Positions 60,251-64,000 of a DNA stretch of 64,000 bases are shown in pieces. The translations under genes were made by a program, and so were the position numbers. The notes beneath the pieces are model-generated. The model did no database searches. It saw nothing but the letters and a program-made list of their open reading frames with translations, and was not told the DNA's origin. Each line of letters starts with the position of its first letter. Position 1 is the first letter of the stretch. This DNA comes from an uncultured Methanosarcinales archaeon (GTDB taxonomy: Archaea > Nanobdellota > Nanobdellia > Woesearchaeales > UBA583): contig CAZULG010000003.1 of the NCBI GenBank assembly GCA_964621065.1, positions 34,849-98,848 of the forward strand, given 5' to 3'.

Positions 60251-61297
60251 ATGACAAATAGTTCAGTTAATTTCTACTGCTTTACTGATGAAGGGAAGTG
60301 GAAGAAAACATATTCTCTGCTACATAATAAAATAAATGAAAACTTAATTGAAAATAATTCTTTTGTGTTGTTTAAATATGAGGGTTGGAACGATTATGGA
60401 TTCATATCTAATTTTGATTCATATTATTATGTAGATAAAGATAACATACACTCACTGGGTGTTATAAGAATAATTCAAAAAGAAAAATTTGAGACCTTTC
60501 TTCCAGAAAAATTTAATCAATTACCTAAAGATACATATTTTTCAAGAATTCCATATGAATCAAAAAAAATAATAAAAAATAGAGGAATACCAGAAATAAT
60601 ATTTAAAGTACTAACTGATGTTGAAGAGAATAAAGTAACCTCAAATTATTTGAGAGACTTAGATAATTCAGGTAATTTAGAAAGTGGGTTTATTTCAAGC
60701 TTGTTCAGAGATGAAATTCCAAGTTATATTTCTACAGATCAAGGTTCTGTAGCTAGGAATTCTTTGAATGAATTAAAAATTATGCTAAAATTGCAAAACC
60801 TTTTTGAAGATACCACTCAATTAAAAATATATCATAGAATGATATTTGGAAATTGTATAACAATTTTAGAATCTTATCTTTCAGATATAATTATCCATAA
60901 TATCATGAACAATGAAATCTTTTTTAAAAATTTTCTAACATTTGATAATTTTGCAAAAGATAAAATTTCAATGGAGGAAATTGGCAACTCTTCAAAACCA
61001 TTTGAAGTATATCTAAAGAATAAAGTTTATAAAAAATTATCAAATATAAGTTTTCACAATGTAAATTACACGCAGAAGTTATTTAAACATGTTTTAAATG
61101 TTGAAATTAATCTAGCAAGATTTTCAAGTGATATTATTAAAAGAAATCATATTTTTCACCGAAATGGTAAAGAAAAGGATGGTAATGAAATGAATATAAG
61201 TGCGGACGACATTTACTTTTTAATTAACAGAATTGAAGAAGCAATAAACCTTATAGAAAAAAAAATCGCTTTTCAGTTTACTTCTTTTAATTCTTGA
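60251..61297 (+). CDS. Hypothetical protein with C-terminal HEPN-like domain (defence candidate)
   Basis: ITILESYLSD...SFHNV...KRNHIFHRNGK (Rx4H); N-terminal WNDYGF...LG.IRI...LP..F..LP...YFS. Confidence 0.7.
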   Translation: MTNSSVNFYCFTDEGKWKKTYSLLHNKINENLIENNSFVLFKYEGWNDYGFISNFDSYYYVDKDNIHSLGVIRIIQKEKFETFLPEKFNQLPKDTYFSRIPYESKKIIKNRGIPEIIFKVLTDVEENKVTSNYLRDLDNSGNLESGFISSLFRDEIPSYISTDQGSVARNSLNELKIMLKLQNLFEDTTQLKIYHRMIFGNCITILESYLSDIIIHNIMNNEIFFKNFLTFDNFAKDKISMEEIGNSSKPFEVYLKNKVYKKLSNISFHNVNYTQKLFKHVLNVEINLARFSSDIIKRNHIFHRNGKEKDGNEMNISADDIYFLINRIEEAINLIEKKIAFQFTSFNS

Positions 61298-61447
61298 ATT
61301 AGTAAATTTTCATTTAGTACTAAGATGAGTAAAAATATCAATCAATTTTCTACTCATAACTTTCTACTCATAAATTAGATTTTATTTCTAAAATTATTGT
61401 TTATAATAGAGATATATTTTTAAATTTGAGATTCACGTTAATAACAT

Positions 61448-61885
61448 ATGAGAGTAGTTCTGCAGCGAGTGAAGAGTGCAAGTGTAAGTGTTGATGGAAA
61501 AATTGTAGGAGAGTGTGGAAGAGGTCTATGTTTGTTGGTAGGAATTTCAAATGAATTTGAAGAGTCAAAATTAGATTGGATGGTTAATAAAATTTTGAAT
61601 TTGAGGTGTTGGTCTGAGAATAATTGGGGGTTTGATTTGAATGTTCAAGATATTAAAGGAGAAATTTTGGTCGTCTCTCAATTCACGCTACATGGTCGCG
61701 TTCATAAAGGTGCAAAGCCGGATTTTTCAAAATCTATGAACTATGAGGACGCTCAAATTATATATAAAAGGTTCATTCAAAAGCTCAAAGAGAAAGGAGT
61801 GAGTGTTCAAAGCGGAGAATTTGGTGCAATGATGGAGGTAAATATTATCAATGATGGACCATTTACACTTGTTCTTGAAAAGTAA
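61448..61885 (+). CDS. dtd: D-aminoacyl-tRNA deacylase (canonical DTD)
   Basis: MRVVLQRV..ASV.V, GL..LVGI, VSQFTL, G..PDF, GEFGAMM.V and NDGPFT. Confidence 0.96.
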   Translation: MRVVLQRVKSASVSVDGKIVGECGRGLCLLVGISNEFEESKLDWMVNKILNLRCWSENNWGFDLNVQDIKGEILVVSQFTLHGRVHKGAKPDFSKSMNYEDAQIIYKRFIQKLKEKGVSVQSGEFGAMMEVNIINDGPFTLVLEK

Positions 61886-61983
61886 TTTACTTTCATCAAT
61901 TTTTATTTTTTATGATTAGTTCCAATTGATTAATTTGATGAGACAAATATTTATATAAACAAAACTATTAAATGTAGTAGATT

Positions 61984-63126
61984 ATGAAAGAAAAAGATTT
62001 GAAGAAGATTCAACGAGAAGCAGAGACTATTTTTTCATCCTATGGTGCGTGCCCTAATCATCCTGATGTGGTGTTTGAAGAGCCTGAGCCAAGACAATTT
62101 TCATTTAATTCTCCATTTGGTGCATGTTCTACGTGTTTAGGAATTGGGTCATTGTTTGAGTTTGATGAAAGGTTAATCATTCCAAATCGTGAGGAGAGCA
62201 TTGCAAATGGTGCTGTTGCAATGTGGAACTCAAAAACTGAGTTGAATTGGCAAGTGAGAGGAATGAGTGAGCTATTTAGAAAACATCAATTTGACGTATT
62301 TATTCCTATCAAAGAACTCACAAAAGAACAATTTGAAGCTCTCATGCATGGAGATAATGAGATTGTGAGGCGTAAAAACTATGCAGGCAGAGAAGTTATG
62401 GATATTGTGTGGGAAGGAGTTATTCCACAAGCAAGACGATTATTTCATCAAACAGAATCTCAATCTCGAAAAGAGCATTTTCAAAAATTTATGTCTCAGA
62501 CAAAATGCCCAACGTGTAAAGGGAAGCGATTGAAAGAGAATATGCTTAGTGTCAAAATTGATGGAAAAAACATTATTGAGACAACTGAGTTGAGCGTTGA
62601 GAAGGCAATTGCTTTTTTTCAATCAATTGGAGAGAATATGAGTGAGAAGGATAAGTTTATTGCAAAACAAATTCTCAAAGAGATTATTGATAGACTTGAG
62701 TTTTTAAATAATGTGGGACTCTCGTACTTGAATTTATCACGAAGTGCAGGGACATTGAGTGGAGGAGAGGCGCAGAGAATTCGACTAGCAACACAAATTG
62801 GTGCACAATTGACAGGTGTGTTATATGTATTAGATGAGCCAAGTATTGGTTTGCATCAACGAGATAATGAAAAATTAATTGGAACACTTAAACAATTGAG
62901 AGATTTGGGAAATACACTCATTGTTGTTGAGCATGATGAAGATACAATGATGGCAAGTGATCATTTAATTGATATGGGACCTGGTGCGGGAGTTGAAGGA
63001 GGACATATTGTAGCAAGTGGAACGCCTCAGAGAGTGATGAATAATAAAAATTCACTAACTGGAAAATTTTTGAAAGGAGAAGAGAAAATAGAAATTCCAA
63101 AGAAGAGAAGAGCGGTAAATTTATAG
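61984..63126 (+). CDS. uvrA: UvrA central fragment (Zn finger, insertion domain, NBD1 signature half), stand-alone
   Basis: FSFNSPFGACSTCLGIG, CPTCKGKRL, LSGGEAQRIRLATQIG, YVLDEPSIGLHQRDN, VVEHDED, GPGAG and SLTG.FL. No Walker A and no second NBD. Confidence 0.9.
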   Translation: MKEKDLKKIQREAETIFSSYGACPNHPDVVFEEPEPRQFSFNSPFGACSTCLGIGSLFEFDERLIIPNREESIANGAVAMWNSKTELNWQVRGMSELFRKHQFDVFIPIKELTKEQFEALMHGDNEIVRRKNYAGREVMDIVWEGVIPQARRLFHQTESQSRKEHFQKFMSQTKCPTCKGKRLKENMLSVKIDGKNIIETTELSVEKAIAFFQSIGENMSEKDKFIAKQILKEIIDRLEFLNNVGLSYLNLSRSAGTLSGGEAQRIRLATQIGAQLTGVLYVLDEPSIGLHQRDNEKLIGTLKQLRDLGNTLIVVEHDEDTMMASDHLIDMGPGAGVEGGHIVASGTPQRVMNNKNSLTGKFLKGEEKIEIPKKRRAVNL

Positions 63127-63143
63127 GAATTAGAAATAAATAG

Positions 63144-63758
63144 ATGATGAAATATAAAAGTGGAGATATAACAAGATCAAAACAATCTTTGAGAGAAGCA
63201 TTATTTGGAGATATTTCATTTTTTTCTTCCTTTGTCTTACTTGGATTGTTTTTTGCATATAATCTCATTAATTATTATTTTTTTGAGCCAAATTGTGGGG
63301 TTTCCAAAGAAATATTGTGTGCGAGTTTTTTTAATGATATGCAAAGTTTAGAATTTTTAATTATTATGGTTTTGTTTATATTATTATTTATTATACATAT
63401 TTTCACTATTTTTATTATCAATGAGCGATTAAAAAAGGGCTCATTAACATATACTAATGGGATTATAACTCTTGTTTACGAATTTGCTATATTGTCATTA
63501 TATATTGTAACGATTAGTTTTATTGATTATGTTGAACTTACTATATTTATTTTTATACTCATTTTGGTATTAATATTATTTGAATCCATGCATTGGAGTT
63601 TCATTAAATTTGTTTTGACTACAGTTTTGATTTGTTTTCTATATTTACTCTATCTAAATTTAGGAGGATTTATTGTAATGATATTATTATTCACAATTCT
63701 CAATCTTGCTTATATTTTTGCACTTGGATTTATTACGAGAATTTGGAGAGGAAAATAA
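63144..63758 (+). CDS. Hypothetical multi-pass membrane protein
   Basis: About six hydrophobic segments. Confidence 0.7.
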   Translation: MMKYKSGDITRSKQSLREALFGDISFFSSFVLLGLFFAYNLINYYFFEPNCGVSKEILCASFFNDMQSLEFLIIMVLFILLFIIHIFTIFIINERLKKGSLTYTNGIITLVYEFAILSLYIVTISFIDYVELTIFIFILILVLILFESMHWSFIKFVLTTVLICFLYLLYLNLGGFIVMILLFTILNLAYIFALGFITRIWRGK

Positions 63759-63816
63759 TAGATGCAACTTATAGGATGATTTATTAAAAATTATTGATCG
63801 TAGAAACGTTTTTTAG

Positions 63817-64000
63817 TTATAATTTATCTACATCAACTTCTTTTGAAGGCTTTTCATTTTGCTTTTGTTTGAAATTTGAATTATTCTTATTATGAGACTG
63901 TTTTTGGTGAATATTACTTTTTTGATTTGTATTTCTATTTTGATGTTGCTGATTATTTGAGGTATTTTGTTGAGCGTGGGAGTTGTGCTTTGCCATCGCC
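63817..64000 (-). CDS. 3' end of a gene entering from outside the window (N/Q-rich tail)
   Basis: Open frame AMAKHNSHAQQNTSNNQQHQNRNTNQKSNIHQKQSHNKNNSNFKQKQNEKPSKEVDVDKL*. Confidence 0.6.
   Translation of the reverse strand, partial: AMAKHNSHAQQNTSNNQQHQNRNTNQKSNIHQKQSHNKNNSNFKQKQNEKPSKEVDVDKL

Overview
AT-rich archaeal chromosome segment. The archaeal assignment rests on RpoP, eL43, Pcc1, NMD3, Dim2, Rpp21, Trm1, archaeal DnaG, class I LysRS and TATA-box promoters. A DPANN origin (Woesearchaeota/Nanoarchaeota-like) is inferred from AMP phosphorylase, scrambled operons, many orphans and giant pilin-like proteins. The window holds about 65 CDS, three tRNAs (Phe-GAA, Leu-GAG, Leu-TAA), a type II R-M pair, dispersed archaellum genes (arlF/G, arlI/J) and several bacterial-type genes (gyrB, mutS, mutY, uvrA, dtd, pheA, tyrA). 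The strongest candidate novelty is a two-gene, translationally coupled counterpart of the eukaryotic ribosomal uS12 prolyl hydroxylase OGFOD1/Tpa1/Ofd1 (a catalytic domain plus a separate inactive C-terminal domain) next to the NOG1 GTPase. Other leads are a stand-alone middle fragment of UvrA, a LysRS1-Trbp111 fusion, a tandem array of tRNA-Leu 3'-end duplications with different hairpin inserts, a switch-like leader upstream of pheA, an RHH ORF reading antisense into tRNA-Phe (SSV-type integrase N fragment), a helically phased GTCTAA repeat region (oriC candidate), a serpin with predicted P1 Asp, a canonical DTD in an archaeon and a HEPN defence candidate. All family calls come from motif recognition by eye; no searches were run.
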